Below are positions 37,226 to 46,837 of a DNA stretch of 64,000 nucleotides, piece by piece. The notes beneath the pieces were generated by a model. The model saw nothing but the letters and a program-made list of their open reading frames with translations. It did not search any database and had not been told where the DNA came from. The DNA lies in IMG/VR virus record IMGVR_UViG_3300042922_000982, positions 32,001 to 96,000 of that record; one strand, 5' to 3'. Source of the DNA: a virus. Positions within the stretch are counted from its first letter, which is position 1; the number at the start of each line of letters is the position of its first letter. Position numbers and translations under genes: made by a program.

Positions 37226-37867
37226 ATGACCACTGGAGTCGTTCATCGCTACATCGCCGATCTCGTCAAGGTGCGCCACGCCCCCGTGCGCTATGATCAC
37301 GCGGCGAGCCGATACCTGGACCTCGACAACGACGTCTTTTACCCCAAGGACCGCGTCTGGGACTACAAGAAGAACGCCCAGGAGGCCAACGATCCGGCCA
37401 CCGCCGAGGAGGTCCTGCTCGCCATGGCCGTGGAGGTGGTGGCCGCCGCGCCGGGCGAGTTTAGCTTCGACGGGCTCGTCGATCACCTGCTCGCGCCGCG
37501 CCGCGCGCCGCTGATCTCGACCCCGGCGCGCGACGCGCGCCTACGCGCGCTGCCGCACCACCACGCCCTGCGCACGGCCGACATGACCATGGTGCACGTC
37601 CGGCCCCGGCTGGAGCGGGTGATCCGCGAGGCGGTCGCCAAGGAGGGCTTTATCGAGGTGGGCATCTGGCGCAGCCTCTACCCGGCCGGGCACCACTACC
37701 CCTGTGACGTGTGGGACGTGCGAAAGCGCGAGTTCGCGGCCAGGGGGCTCACCCGCCGGGCGGCCGAGCTTGAAATGGTGCGGCTCGCCAAGGCGAACGG
37801 CTCGCGCTACCAGGTGGTGGCCGATCACCAGACGCTCGACTCCTATTACCCGTACGGGCAGGACTAG
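37226..37867 (+). CDS. hypothetical protein
   Basis: Start-associated motif. Confidence 0.8.
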   Translation: MTTGVVHRYIADLVKVRHAPVRYDHAASRYLDLDNDVFYPKDRVWDYKKNAQEANDPATAEEVLLAMAVEVVAAAPGEFSFDGLVDHLLAPRRAPLISTPARDARLRALPHHHALRTADMTMVHVRPRLERVIREAVAKEGFIEVGIWRSLYPAGHHYPCDVWDVRKREFAARGLTRRAAELEMVRLAKANGSRYQVVADHQTLDSYYPYGQD

Positions 37868-37871
37868 CGCC

Positions 37872-38192
37872 ATGGGCACCTGGATGATCTACCGCACCCC
37901 TCACGCGCGCAGCACGCACTTCTGCCGGGACGTGCTGGAGGCGCTTGACCGGGCGATCGCCCGCGCCAAGCTCATGGCCGAGGACGGCATCCCCATCACG
38001 CGGCACGGCGCCCGGCACTGGTCGGACGGCGTGGAGCAAGGCGGTCACGAGATTCGCGTCGTGACCGGCCCCGCCTGGAAGGCGCGCGCCGTCGAGCGCG
38101 CCATGGAAACCCTGCTCACCCCTGCCCCCTACCCGGCCGCCCTGCACAACGGGGCGGCCATCACCGAGGAGAATCCCCATGCCCATCACTGA
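37872..38192 (+). CDS. hypothetical protein
   Basis: Co-oriented ORF, AGGA SD. Confidence 0.7.
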   Translation: MGTWMIYRTPHARSTHFCRDVLEALDRAIARAKLMAEDGIPITRHGARHWSDGVEQGGHEIRVVTGPAWKARAVERAMETLLTPAPYPAALHNGAAITEENPHAHH

Positions 38193-38634
38193 GACCCCCT
38201 ACGGGGTGATCGACACCTGCGACGGCTGCGGCAAGCGCATCCGCGACAACACGACGCGCACCGTCATCCTCGAGCCCGGCGAGGGCCCCCGCCCGGCCAA
38301 GGAGGTCTGGCACGTCACCTGCCACGCCGTGCACATGAAGGCGCTCGGCTACGTCATGACCCAGCGCGACGGCGAGTGGGGCTGGGACTTGGCCCCCGAG
38401 CCCGACGTGACGATCACCTGGGGCTCAACGGTGTTCAAGCCCGCGCGCGGCGCCTGCGCCATGGCGGGCTGCGATCACCCGCCGGTCGTGATCCTCACGA
38501 CGATCACGGGCACGAAGCACCACATGGAGGCGTGCTCGGAGCACGGCGCGACGGTGCTCGACTTCGTGCGCGAGCGCGATCGCTACCGCCGCATCGGCCA
38601 GGAGATCGTGCCCATCACGGAGGTGGTTCAATGA
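38179..38634 (+). CDS. Zn-finger hypothetical protein
   Basis: AGGAG SD; CDGC...HVTC; CAMAGC...CSEH. Confidence 0.75.
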   Translation: MPITETPYGVIDTCDGCGKRIRDNTTRTVILEPGEGPRPAKEVWHVTCHAVHMKALGYVMTQRDGEWGWDLAPEPDVTITWGSTVFKPARGACAMAGCDHPPVVILTTITGTKHHMEACSEHGATVLDFVRERDRYRRIGQEIVPITEVVQ

Positions 38635-39095
38635 CCATGGACCCCACCCACCCCAGCTTCGGGGCGCCCCGGCCCCTCGATCGCATCCCCATGCGCTTCA
38701 CGCTCGACCTGATCGTGAGCCCGCAGTCCGACAAGGGCCCCATGCCCGAGCCGGGGGACATCGCGGCGGGCATCACCGCGATCCTGAAGGACTCGTTCTC
38801 GATGTCGGTCGGCGTGGGCGGCGGGTTCGTGCAGAGCCTGCGCCTCTTGCCCGCCATCGCGTCGGAGGCACCGCGTCGGCACGCGCCGTCTGAGCGGGCG
38901 ATCGTGGTGAGCGCCCCCGTGGGGGCCAAGGCGATCCACGTCGACATGCCCCACCGGCAAAGCGACGCGGTCGAGATCGCCCTGGTGAACGACGACATGA
39001 TCGACACCGGCATCCTGATGGATCCGGACACGGCCGAGGCGCTCGCGCACGCCATCCTGTTCCAGGTGGCGCGTCGGCGCGCCAACCCCTTGTAA
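38631..39095 (+). CDS. hypothetical protein
   Basis: ATGA overlap, GGAGG SD. Confidence 0.75.
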   Translation: MTMDPTHPSFGAPRPLDRIPMRFTLDLIVSPQSDKGPMPEPGDIAAGITAILKDSFSMSVGVGGGFVQSLRLLPAIASEAPRRHAPSERAIVVSAPVGAKAIHVDMPHRQSDAVEIALVNDDMIDTGILMDPDTAEALAHAILFQVARRRANPL

Positions 39096-39171
39096 GAACA
39101 CCCCAGGGGCCTCCCCGGAGGCCCCGCTTGCCCCGCTGCCGGTTATCCGGAAACACCGAAAGGACTCCGCC

Positions 39172-39789
39172 ATGCTCCGCCTCTACGCCCAAATCACCCG
39201 CACCGCCCCCGCTCGCCGGGGCGGGAAGACCTATTACAGCGCCGTCGTGCGCCTGGGGCCCCCGGCGCTCTCGAGCGGCCACACCGAAGACGACCTGCTG
39301 GCCGTCCAGGCGATCAACACCACGCTGGTCACCGCGACGACCGTCAAGCCCCGGCCCCACTGGGGGTCGGTAGTCGGCGAGGTGATCGCCTCGGCGCGCG
39401 CCTTCTTCACCGTGCCCGACCGCGAGGTCAAGCTGGAGGTCTACGTGCCCGCGTTCACGGACGACGTCGCGACGCCCAAGCCGCTCGTCTACACGTTCAT
39501 CTTCGTCGAGTCCGAGCCCACCATGGAGTGGAACACGCCCCTGCCGCCCGGCGTGATGGCCACCCGCGACTTCACCATCGGCGATCGCGCGTTCATGGCG
39601 CGCGGGGTCTACGCCCTCACCGGCAGCCACCCGCACGACGGCCTGGTCGACATGCGCGATCACGCCTGCGGCGCGACGCACTTCGCCATCCCCATGATCG
39701 ACTTCGTGATCGCCGTGCGCGACGGCCGGTTCATCGCGGCCACGCGCCAGGTGGTGAAGCACCCCGAGTCCTTCGCGGTGGAGGCGTAG
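39172..39789 (+). CDS. hypothetical protein
   Basis: AAAGGA SD. Confidence 0.75.
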   Translation: MLRLYAQITRTAPARRGGKTYYSAVVRLGPPALSSGHTEDDLLAVQAINTTLVTATTVKPRPHWGSVVGEVIASARAFFTVPDREVKLEVYVPAFTDDVATPKPLVYTFIFVESEPTMEWNTPLPPGVMATRDFTIGDRAFMARGVYALTGSHPHDGLVDMRDHACGATHFAIPMIDFVIAVRDGRFIAATRQVVKHPESFAVEA

Positions 39790-39792
39790 CCG

Positions 39793-40074
39793 ATGAAGCG
39801 TTCCAAGTTCAGCGACGAGCAGCTCGCCGAGTGGCGCAAGGGGCTCAAGAAGGGCGACAGCGTGCGATTGCTGCGCGGTTTTACCTTCAAGCAGGAACCG
39901 TACTCGGTGTCGCACGAGACCGTCCAGTCGATCAGCCCCACCGGCCGCATCACCGTGTATGGCTACACCTTCAACCCGGACGGCACCCAGCGCGGCGGCT
40001 CGCGCGAGTCCGACGTCCGCATCGAGCCGTTCGCCCTGACACCCAAGAAGGAGGCCCCCAATGGCCAGCAGTAA
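39793..40074 (+). CDS. small beta-barrel (SH3/KOW-like) phage protein
   Basis: LKKGDSV...VQSISPTGRITV...FNPDG..RGG. Confidence 0.65.
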   Translation: MKRSKFSDEQLAEWRKGLKKGDSVRLLRGFTFKQEPYSVSHETVQSISPTGRITVYGYTFNPDGTQRGGSRESDVRIEPFALTPKKEAPNGQQ

Positions 40075-40747
40075 CCCAGCGATCGCCCTCTATCGCTACA
40101 GCGTGCCCCCCGAGGACACCGTCCAGGGCTGGGGCATCTTCTTGATCGACAGCGTGGGCACGTTCACCTGCGTCACGGACTACGGAAACTATGCCTTCGC
40201 CTGGCGCCACACGGGCTACCACGACTTCCGGCGCTGGATCGTGGACATGGGCGAGCGGATCGCCAGCACGGGCTACTGCGACTACCTCTGCTCCAAGCTC
40301 GGCCGCGAGACCGCCTTCGATCCCGATCACTCCTTCGAGAAGATCGCGCGCTGCATCCTCGAGTCGCGGCGCGAGGGGCGCATCCCCGCCGATGCGACCG
40401 AAGCCGACGAATGGGCCCGGCGGGGGCGCAAGCATCCCTGGTATTACCACTTCGGCCCGTACGGCGGGCCCTACGACGGCGCGCGCGAGCAGTACGACCT
40501 GGCCGTGCAATTGCGCGACGGCGAGATCAGCCCCGACCTGTACGTCAACGACTCGCGGCTGTGCGACGCCTACGAATACCTGAGCTATGACTACCCGGCC
40601 GACCTGAAAATGTTCGCCACGCGACTGATGCCGCGCCTGGCCGCGATGGTGCGCCAGGAGCTTGAGGCCGAAGGGCTCTTGGGCGCCTGCTACACCTGCG
40701 GCGCCGACGTCCCCGCCTGCGGGCATCAGCAACCCCAGGCCAGCTAG
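40061..40747 (+). CDS. conserved phage hypothetical protein
   Basis: AAGGAGG SD; TDYGNYAFAW...DYLCSKL. Confidence 0.8.
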   Translation: MASSNPAIALYRYSVPPEDTVQGWGIFLIDSVGTFTCVTDYGNYAFAWRHTGYHDFRRWIVDMGERIASTGYCDYLCSKLGRETAFDPDHSFEKIARCILESRREGRIPADATEADEWARRGRKHPWYYHFGPYGGPYDGAREQYDLAVQLRDGEISPDLYVNDSRLCDAYEYLSYDYPADLKMFATRLMPRLAAMVRQELEAEGLLGACYTCGADVPACGHQQPQAS

Positions 40748-40776
40748 TCCACCCCACCTGCCGAAAGGATCCACCC

Positions 40777-41616
40777 ATGAGCACACCCCCGATTCGCGTA
40801 TTCTACCACGCCAACTGCACCGACGGCTTCGCCGCCGCCTTCTCAGCCTGGTTCAAGTTCAAGGACGACGCCACCTACCACGCGATCAACTATGGCCAGG
40901 CCATGCCCGCGATCGCCGACGGTGAGCGCGTCTACTTCCTCGACATCTGCCCGCCGCGCGCCGCGCTCGAAGCCCTGGCCGCGCGCTGCGAGGTGGTCGT
41001 GCTCGATCACCACGTCACCTCCGAGCAGGATATGGCCGGGCTTTCCTATGCCTACTTCGACAGCAAGCGTTCGGGCGCCATGCTCGCGTGGCGCTTCTTC
41101 CACCCGCAGACCCCGGCCCCGAGCGTGATCGACTACGTGCAGGATCGCGACCTGTGGCGCTGGGCGCTGCCGCACAGCCGCGAGGTATCGGCGGCCATCC
41201 GGACGCACCCCAAGGACTTCGAGGTCTGGCTGGCCCTGACCGGCCCCGGCGTGATCGGCGATCTTGTCACGCAAGGGTCGGCCGTCCTGGCCGCCCAGGC
41301 GATCGAGGTGGGCATCTTGGTCGCGCACGCGCGCCTGGGCACCGTGGCGGGCCACCAGGTGCCCGTGGTCAACACGGCAATCCACATCTCTGAAACCGGG
41401 GAGGCGCTGTGCGCGGCCTACCCCGACGCGCCCTTCGCCGCGACCTTCTACGTGGGCGCGGACGGCCGCGAGCGCTGGAGCCTGCGCGCCCACAACGGCT
41501 TCGACGTGTCGGTGGTGGCGCGCCTGCTCGGCGGCGGCGGCCACCGGGCGGCGGCCGGATTCAACCGCGAGGCGGCCCCCGCCGTCGTGATGACCCCGGA
41601 GGTGACCCCGTGCTGA
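40777..41616 (+). CDS. DHH/DHHA1-family phosphoesterase
   Basis: YHANCTDGF, FLD, LDHH, SGAMLAW, YVQDRDLW, GGGGHRAAAGF. Confidence 0.92.
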   Translation: MSTPPIRVFYHANCTDGFAAAFSAWFKFKDDATYHAINYGQAMPAIADGERVYFLDICPPRAALEALAARCEVVVLDHHVTSEQDMAGLSYAYFDSKRSGAMLAWRFFHPQTPAPSVIDYVQDRDLWRWALPHSREVSAAIRTHPKDFEVWLALTGPGVIGDLVTQGSAVLAAQAIEVGILVAHARLGTVAGHQVPVVNTAIHISETGEALCAAYPDAPFAATFYVGADGRERWSLRAHNGFDVSVVARLLGGGGHRAAAGFNREAAPAVVMTPEVTPC

Positions 41617-42470
41617 GCCCGAGCAAGATCACCCCGCCTGCGCGCTACACTTTCCTCGCGCGCAGGCTGAATCGGCACCGCTACCACCTGACGGCCCTCG
41701 CGGGCGGCGGCGATCCGCTGTGCGGCAACGACGACGAGGTCAGCGAGCAGACCATGGAGTACCTGCGCGGCGAGTTCACGCCCGCCGAGAAGGTCTGCCG
41801 GGAGTGCTACGCCCTAGCGGGCGCGCCCTTCCCCTACCCCGATCCGGGCCCGGCGCCTGAAATCGTGCCGGGGGAGGTCGAGCTGCGCTGGCACCTGCCT
41901 GACGGCGCCGCCGAGCCGGAACAGGTGCTCATGCGCAGGCGCGCCACGCGCGGATGGGAGAGCGCTGTGCCGGTGGAGACGGCCCGCAGCCGCGTGTTCA
42001 CCTGCTACCTGTTCAGCTACCCCACGCGCGAGGAGGCGATCGCCGCGCAGCTGGCCATCGAGGAGAAGCGGCTGGCGCCCGAGATCGCCTACGTGCAGCG
42101 GCTGCGGGACGCCCTGCGCGGCGGCCGGGCCGCCGGTGGCCAGCCGCGACTGGACGCCATCGCGGCGCGGCTGGAGGTGGCCACGCCCGCGCCGTGGGGC
42201 TACGGCAGCAACTTCGTCTCGACGCCGGGGCCGAACGGCCGCTTTGTGGCCATGTCGCCCAAGCCCGACGATCCGTACGCGGCGCCGCAGCAGGCGGGCA
42301 ACCTGGCCTTCATCTGCCACGCGCGCGCCGACGTGCCCGACCTGTTGAAGGTGGCGCGCGCGGCGCGGGAGGTACTCGACGCGGCCCCGGCCGCGCAGGC
42401 CGACACCCCGGTGGCGTGGATGGCGGCGTTGCAGAACCTGGCCGCCGTGCTCGACTCCCTCGACGGGTAA
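41610..42470 (+). CDS. mosaic phage protein: H-C-CxxC Zn finger plus C-terminal ATPxPW...AFICHAR.DVP.LL domain
   Basis: GGAGG + GTG; motifs seen in translation. Confidence 0.7.
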   Translation: MLSPSKITPPARYTFLARRLNRHRYHLTALAGGGDPLCGNDDEVSEQTMEYLRGEFTPAEKVCRECYALAGAPFPYPDPGPAPEIVPGEVELRWHLPDGAAEPEQVLMRRRATRGWESAVPVETARSRVFTCYLFSYPTREEAIAAQLAIEEKRLAPEIAYVQRLRDALRGGRAAGGQPRLDAIAARLEVATPAPWGYGSNFVSTPGPNGRFVAMSPKPDDPYAAPQQAGNLAFICHARADVPDLLKVARAAREVLDAAPAAQADTPVAWMAALQNLAAVLDSLDG

Positions 42471-42501
42471 AGGGGCGCGGTCAAGAAACGTGACCCAGGT
42501 G

Positions 42502-42533
42502 GGCGGAAGGGCAAGGATCCTTCCGCCTTTTTT
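42502..42533 (+). terminator. intrinsic terminator
   Basis: GGCGGAAGG/CCTTCCGCC followed by TTTTTT. Confidence 0.8.
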
Positions 42534-42569
42534 GTCGTTTGGGGTAAAAAGGGGGCCTCGGGGCCTTGA

Positions 42570-42607
42570 GGAACGGTTTTTCTTGGGGCAGGATAGAAGG
42601 TAGTAGG
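42570..42607 (+). promoter_or_regulatory. cassette promoter motif, copy 12
   Basis: GGAAC-N16-GGATA-N9-AGG directly after a terminator. Confidence 0.8.
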
Positions 42608-42653
42608 GGCGGGCGCGTGTCCGCCGCCACACCGGCCGAAAGGAGGCCCCACC

Positions 42654-42827
42654 ATGCAGACCTCGACACCCACGGCGCGCTACCGCGTCGAGCGGCTCGC
42701 ACGGGGGCGGAAACGCCCCTTGTGGCTGGCCGTGGACGGCGCGACCGGCGCCACTCTGCACCCCTTCCCCACCCAGCGCATGGCCGTCCAGTACGTCGGC
42801 CTGCGCAACACCGAGCCGGGCCTGTAG
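42654..42827 (+). CDS. small hypothetical protein (57 aa, not in ORF track)
   Basis: AAGGAGG SD; MQTSTPTARYRVERL... Confidence 0.7.
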   Translation: MQTSTPTARYRVERLARGRKRPLWLAVDGATGATLHPFPTQRMAVQYVGLRNTEPGL

Positions 42828-42846
42828 GGCCCAGAGGAGAACCGCC

Positions 42847-43365
42847 ATGACCACCGCCAAAGCCAAGAAGAGTCAACCCCAGCCGATCGCCAGCGAGTTT
42901 AACGGCCGCGTCGCCCAGGTGCGGCCCGACCTCACCATGAACCCGTACGCGGGCGCCATTGGTCGGCTCGCGCTGCACCCCAAGCGCGGCACCATGGAGC
43001 TTCACGTCTTGCAGGGCGTGGGCTACCTGGCCATCGAGGGGCTCACCGCCGACGAGATCACCCTGCTCGAAGGCCCGACCGCCGAGGCGCTGGTGCGGGG
43101 CGAGGTGTTCAAGCGCACGCTCGCCACCGCTCGCGTGCCCGCCATCACGGCGCACCAGCCGACGGTGGCCTACTTGATGCGCGCGGCCTACATGGTGCCG
43201 CTCGACGGCGCCGACACCTTCATGATCCAGCTGGGCACCTGGTCGGATGAGCAGGCGGCCATCAAACGGGACATGGACGACGCGGGCGTGCACCCGGCGC
43301 TCTACGAGCTGATGCGCACGGCGCGCGAGATGAAGAGCCCGTACCTCTGGCTCGTGATCGCCTAG
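42847..43365 (+). CDS. hypothetical protein
   Basis: Start-associated motif. Confidence 0.8.
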   Translation: MTTAKAKKSQPQPIASEFNGRVAQVRPDLTMNPYAGAIGRLALHPKRGTMELHVLQGVGYLAIEGLTADEITLLEGPTAEALVRGEVFKRTLATARVPAITAHQPTVAYLMRAAYMVPLDGADTFMIQLGTWSDEQAAIKRDMDDAGVHPALYELMRTAREMKSPYLWLVIA

Positions 43366-43387
43366 CGATCGAGGCCCAGGGCCCCCA

Positions 43388-43425
43388 GGAACGGTTTTTT
43401 CGGGGCCTGGATAGTAGAGAGTAGG
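43388..43425 (+). promoter_or_regulatory. cassette promoter motif, copy 13
   Basis: GGAAC-N16-GGATA-N9-AGG. Confidence 0.8.
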
Positions 43426-43485
43426 GAGGGGGCCGGTTGCCCGGCGCCCTCCCCCGTCACCCCCACCGTCAAAAGGAGAACCGCC

Positions 43486-43902
43486 ATGACCACCAAGACC
43501 AGCACCCGCACCTCCCGCGCGCCCAAGGCGAAAGCCATGGCCGTGGACCCCCGGCCCAAGACCAAGCTGCCGCGCAAGCGTCGCTCGGACGCGGGCGTGC
43601 CGCGCACCCTCGACAAGCCGCGCATGGGCTTCCTCGCCGACCTGTTCGCCGAGGCGCCCGTGCACACCCCGGCCCCGGAGGAGCGCACCTTCTGGATCAC
43701 CGAGTCGCCCAGCGGCTTGTACCTGGTGCGCCCCACCGAGTTCGAGGCGCGCGTGGCCGTGAACAAGTGCGGCAACCGCGCGATCGGCACGGTGAAAGCG
43801 AAGGACTACCACGCCGCCACGCTCCTGGCCATGGCCATGGAGCAGCGCGACTACCCCGGCGACGCCCGCTTCGTCCGCGCTACCCGCGCGGCGCGCGCTT
43901 AA
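43486..43902 (+). CDS. hypothetical basic protein (RKRRSDAG motif)
   Basis: Start-associated motif. Confidence 0.8.
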   Translation: MTTKTSTRTSRAPKAKAMAVDPRPKTKLPRKRRSDAGVPRTLDKPRMGFLADLFAEAPVHTPAPEERTFWITESPSGLYLVRPTEFEARVAVNKCGNRAIGTVKAKDYHAATLLAMAMEQRDYPGDARFVRATRAARA

Positions 43903-43916
43903 GGGAGGATCCTGCC

Positions 43917-44510
43917 ATGACGAACGTGATCCAGAGCAAGCAGAACCTGTGCAGCGCCCTCTCCTACGGCGTCGCCGTCGACCTGACCCGCTTGACCGGC
44001 GCCAAGTGGGCGGGCTCGGTGGACCCCAAGCTGGAGGCCACCGTACACCTGCGCCGCGAGGACGGCCTGGCGCTCACCATGGTCCTGACGGGCAACCGCT
44101 GGACGATCGGCTGGAGCGCGGGCTACGGCGTGGACAGCCTGGCCAACTGGGTGCCGACCGGCGCCTGGCCGCAGAGCATCGGGCTCGCCTTCGATCGCCC
44201 CAGCTCGCGCTTCGCGGGCGAGATCGTCCGGCGGCTCTTGCCGGGCGCGGAAGCGGCCCAGACGGCGGCCATCGCGCGCCGGGACGCGGCCGAGCGGTTT
44301 GATCAGGAAACCGGGGAGGCGATCGCCGAGGTGGCCGCCGCTCTGGGCACCACGGCGCACGGCGCGCGCGGCGACAAGGCCATGACCACGTTCGGGCGCA
44401 CCGCGATCGAGGCGGAGGCGTCCGGCTCGAATGTGACGCTGTCCATCACCAACCTGGACCCCGGCCTGGCGGCCCGCATCATCAAGCTGATCGCCAAGGC
44501 GGACCGCTAG
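43917..44510 (+). CDS. hypothetical protein
   Basis: GGAGG SD. Confidence 0.8.
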   Translation: MTNVIQSKQNLCSALSYGVAVDLTRLTGAKWAGSVDPKLEATVHLRREDGLALTMVLTGNRWTIGWSAGYGVDSLANWVPTGAWPQSIGLAFDRPSSRFAGEIVRRLLPGAEAAQTAAIARRDAAERFDQETGEAIAEVAAALGTTAHGARGDKAMTTFGRTAIEAEASGSNVTLSITNLDPGLAARIIKLIAKADR

Positions 44511-44547
44511 TCCCGCCCCCCTACCGCCCCGGCCGCCCGGCCGGGGC
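44508..44547 (+). repeat. about 40-bp near-identical direct repeat (second copy 45189-45227)
   Basis: TAGTCCCGCCCCC(C)TACCGC(C/A)CCGGCC(G/A)CCCGGCCGGGGC. Confidence 0.85.
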
Positions 44548-44563
44548 ATCGAGGAGAGCCGCC

Positions 44564-44749
44564 ATGCCCGACCACGATCACGACCTGCGCGCGCGCATCA
44601 TCTACCCGCCGCTCACCCAGGAAAATATCCACGCCACGATCAACGAGCTGGAGCGTTGCCGGGCCACTGGCCCCAAGACGCAAAAGCACGTCGCCGTCGC
44701 CATCAAGCACCTGCGCAAAGCGCTGCTGTCCGCCTACAAAGGCGAGTAA
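44564..44749 (+). CDS. small hypothetical protein
   Basis: GAGGAG SD. Confidence 0.7.
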   Translation: MPDHDHDLRARIIYPPLTQENIHATINELERCRATGPKTQKHVAVAIKHLRKALLSAYKGE

Positions 44750-44762
44750 GAGGACCCCCGCC

Positions 44763-45191
44763 ATGACCCAGAAGCACCTGATCACCCCCACGATCGCCGC
44801 CGCCCTGCCGACCGCCGAGAGCGAGGAGCGCGGCTACGCCGGGTGGTCGCCCGGCGGCGACTACCTGGGCTGGCCCAAGGAGGGCTGGACCAGCAACCAG
44901 GAGTATGCCACCTCGGCCGAGTTTATCGAAGCGTACGCGGGCGCCGACCCCGAGCTGAATTTGGTGGCCGACTTCTACTTCACGCCGCACACCGACGCCG
45001 ACGACCAGCCCGACGGCACCTTCGGCCTGCTCCTCTGGATGCTGCACCCGCGCAAGGGCGCCGGGCGCGGCATCACGGTCAAGCTGGTCGACGAGGGCGA
45101 CCTCGACGCCATCAAGGCGATCCTGCGCGAGAGCTTCGTCCAGCACCAGAAGCACTTCGCCTGGGCGATCGCCGACACCCCCTCCCCATAG
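44763..45191 (+). CDS. hypothetical acidic protein
   Basis: GAGGA SD. Confidence 0.8.
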   Translation: MTQKHLITPTIAAALPTAESEERGYAGWSPGGDYLGWPKEGWTSNQEYATSAEFIEAYAGADPELNLVADFYFTPHTDADDQPDGTFGLLLWMLHPRKGAGRGITVKLVDEGDLDAIKAILRESFVQHQKHFAWAIADTPSP

Positions 45192-45246
45192 TCCCGCCCC
45201 CTACCGCACCGGCCACCCGGCCGGGGCCCGCCCAAGGAGTACCGTC

Positions 45247-45489
45247 ATGCCCCACCGTCAACCGCGCCCCAAAGCGGGCGATATCGCCGTCATCAAGCAC
45301 CCCACCGGCACCTTCCGGGGGCCGATCCAGTCGGTGTCCAACATGGGCACCGTCGAGGAGCCCAACTGGTACATCGAGTTCACCCATGACGCCCTGAGCC
45401 ACGCGCGCACGGGCGACCCCGGCTACTGGAAGCAGCGGATCGACGGCGGCACCGTCAGCTTCATTCCGCAGGAGGTGGCCGATGCGTAG
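45247..45489 (+). CDS. small hypothetical protein
   Basis: AAGGAG SD. Confidence 0.75.
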   Translation: MPHRQPRPKAGDIAVIKHPTGTFRGPIQSVSNMGTVEEPNWYIEFTHDALSHARTGDPGYWKQRIDGGTVSFIPQEVADA

Positions 45490-46234
45490 CGCCCGCTTCA
45501 CCGTTCGGCCCATGGGGGGCCGCGTCCGCACCCCCGAGGACTCCCTGCGCGCCAAGGCCGCCATCAGCCTGAAGCATGCGCATGGCGATCTGCTCAAGCT
45601 GCTGGTCTCGGACGGCCCGGACTACGTCGACGACCCGGAGGCGGCCGGGGCGATCAACCTGGCCGACGGCCTGGTGTCGTTCGGGCGCGTGTGGCCCATG
45701 GACACGCCCAACATGGCCATGAGCTACGCCAAGCTGCATCCGCTCTACCCCGGCGAGTGGGGCACCTTCACCGTGCGTCCCCTCACCGCGCGCGAGTGGG
45801 AGGCCATCCCGTACAAGAAGCGGCTGGAGTGCACCTTCTTGACGATCATCTACGAGTGGCCCGAGGGTCCGGACTACAACCCGCCCCCCGAGCGTCCGCC
45901 CCTGCACATCGCCGACGTCGTGCCGGTGAAGCAGCTGCAAGCGGCGATCGACACGGCCTTTCAGGCGATCGAAAGCGAGCGCGCCCTGCGCTTCGAGCGC
46001 GATCCGTGGGTGCTGACCCCGCAGACGCTGCCCGACGCGCTGGCGCGCTCGCTCGCCGAGCTGATCCCGATGGCCGAGGCTGCCAACCTCAACGACGGCC
46101 ACCCCCTGGGCATCGTGGAGGGCGCCAAGCGCGCGCTCCGCGAGTGGAGCGCCCTGGTCAACCCGACACCCCCGCCCCCGGCTTCTAGCCGGGGTATCGG
46201 GCCCCCAGGAACGGTTTTTTCGGGGCGTGGATAG
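45482..46234 (+). CDS. hypothetical protein; C-terminus reads through a hairpin and cassette copy 14
   Basis: GGAGG SD; ends GPPGTVFSGRG at the TAG of GGATAG. Confidence 0.75.
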   Translation: MRSARFTVRPMGGRVRTPEDSLRAKAAISLKHAHGDLLKLLVSDGPDYVDDPEAAGAINLADGLVSFGRVWPMDTPNMAMSYAKLHPLYPGEWGTFTVRPLTAREWEAIPYKKRLECTFLTIIYEWPEGPDYNPPPERPPLHIADVVPVKQLQAAIDTAFQAIESERALRFERDPWVLTPQTLPDALARSLAELIPMAEAANLNDGHPLGIVEGAKRALREWSALVNPTPPPPASSRGIGPPGTVFSGRG

Positions 46235-46245
46235 CAGTTAGTAGG
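46208..46245 (+). promoter_or_regulatory. cassette promoter motif, copy 14
   Basis: GGAAC-N16-GGATA-N9-AGG. Confidence 0.8.
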
Positions 46246-46308
46246 GAGGGGGGCCGGGCAACCGGCGCCCCGCCCCCGTTACCCCCACCGATGAAAGGAC
46301 ACCCCACC

Positions 46309-46596
46309 ATGCCCAAGACCACCACGCACCTGACGGACAACGAGATCAAGGTGATCAAGGCGATCGTCGAGAGCCCGTACGGCGAGGACCTCACCGACGA
46401 GACCTGGACGATGTACGTCGCCGAGGACGCCAAGCTCACCCCGCGCACCTTCCCCGGCGTCATGTCGAGCCTGGTGCAAAAGGGCCTGGCCGAGACGCGC
46501 GGCGATGGCAAGGAGGCCACCTGCAACCTCACGGACGCGGGCGCCGCGCTCTACAAGACCCACGCGGCCTTCCGTTCCGCGCAGGCCGAGGGCTAG
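46309..46596 (+). CDS. winged-helix DNA-binding-like protein
   Basis: LTDNEIKVIKAI...GVMSSLVQKGL...LTDAG. Confidence 0.7.
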   Translation: MPKTTTHLTDNEIKVIKAIVESPYGEDLTDETWTMYVAEDAKLTPRTFPGVMSSLVQKGLAETRGDGKEATCNLTDAGAALYKTHAAFRSAQAEG

Positions 46597-46600
46597 GGGG

Positions 46601-46837
46601 ATGCCGTGGACCGCGCCCATCGTCGCCTACGTCGACAACCTTGGTTACACCCGCTGCACCCGCTGCGCGCCTGCCGACAAGCGGCACCACCCCCAGTACG
46701 GAGACAACGCCGCGATGGAGGATCAGGCGTGCGACGTGTGCCACGTCGCCATCAAGACGACCCGGTCGTCGGAGTATGTGCAAATCGCCTGGGACGCCCG
46801 CGAGGCGCCCGAGTACGAATACCCGGTTATCGAGTAG
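46601..46837 (+). CDS. small CxxC...CxxC protein
   Basis: CTRC...CDVC. Confidence 0.7.
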   Translation: MPWTAPIVAYVDNLGYTRCTRCAPADKRHHPQYGDNAAMEDQACDVCHVAIKTTRSSEYVQIAWDAREAPEYEYPVIE

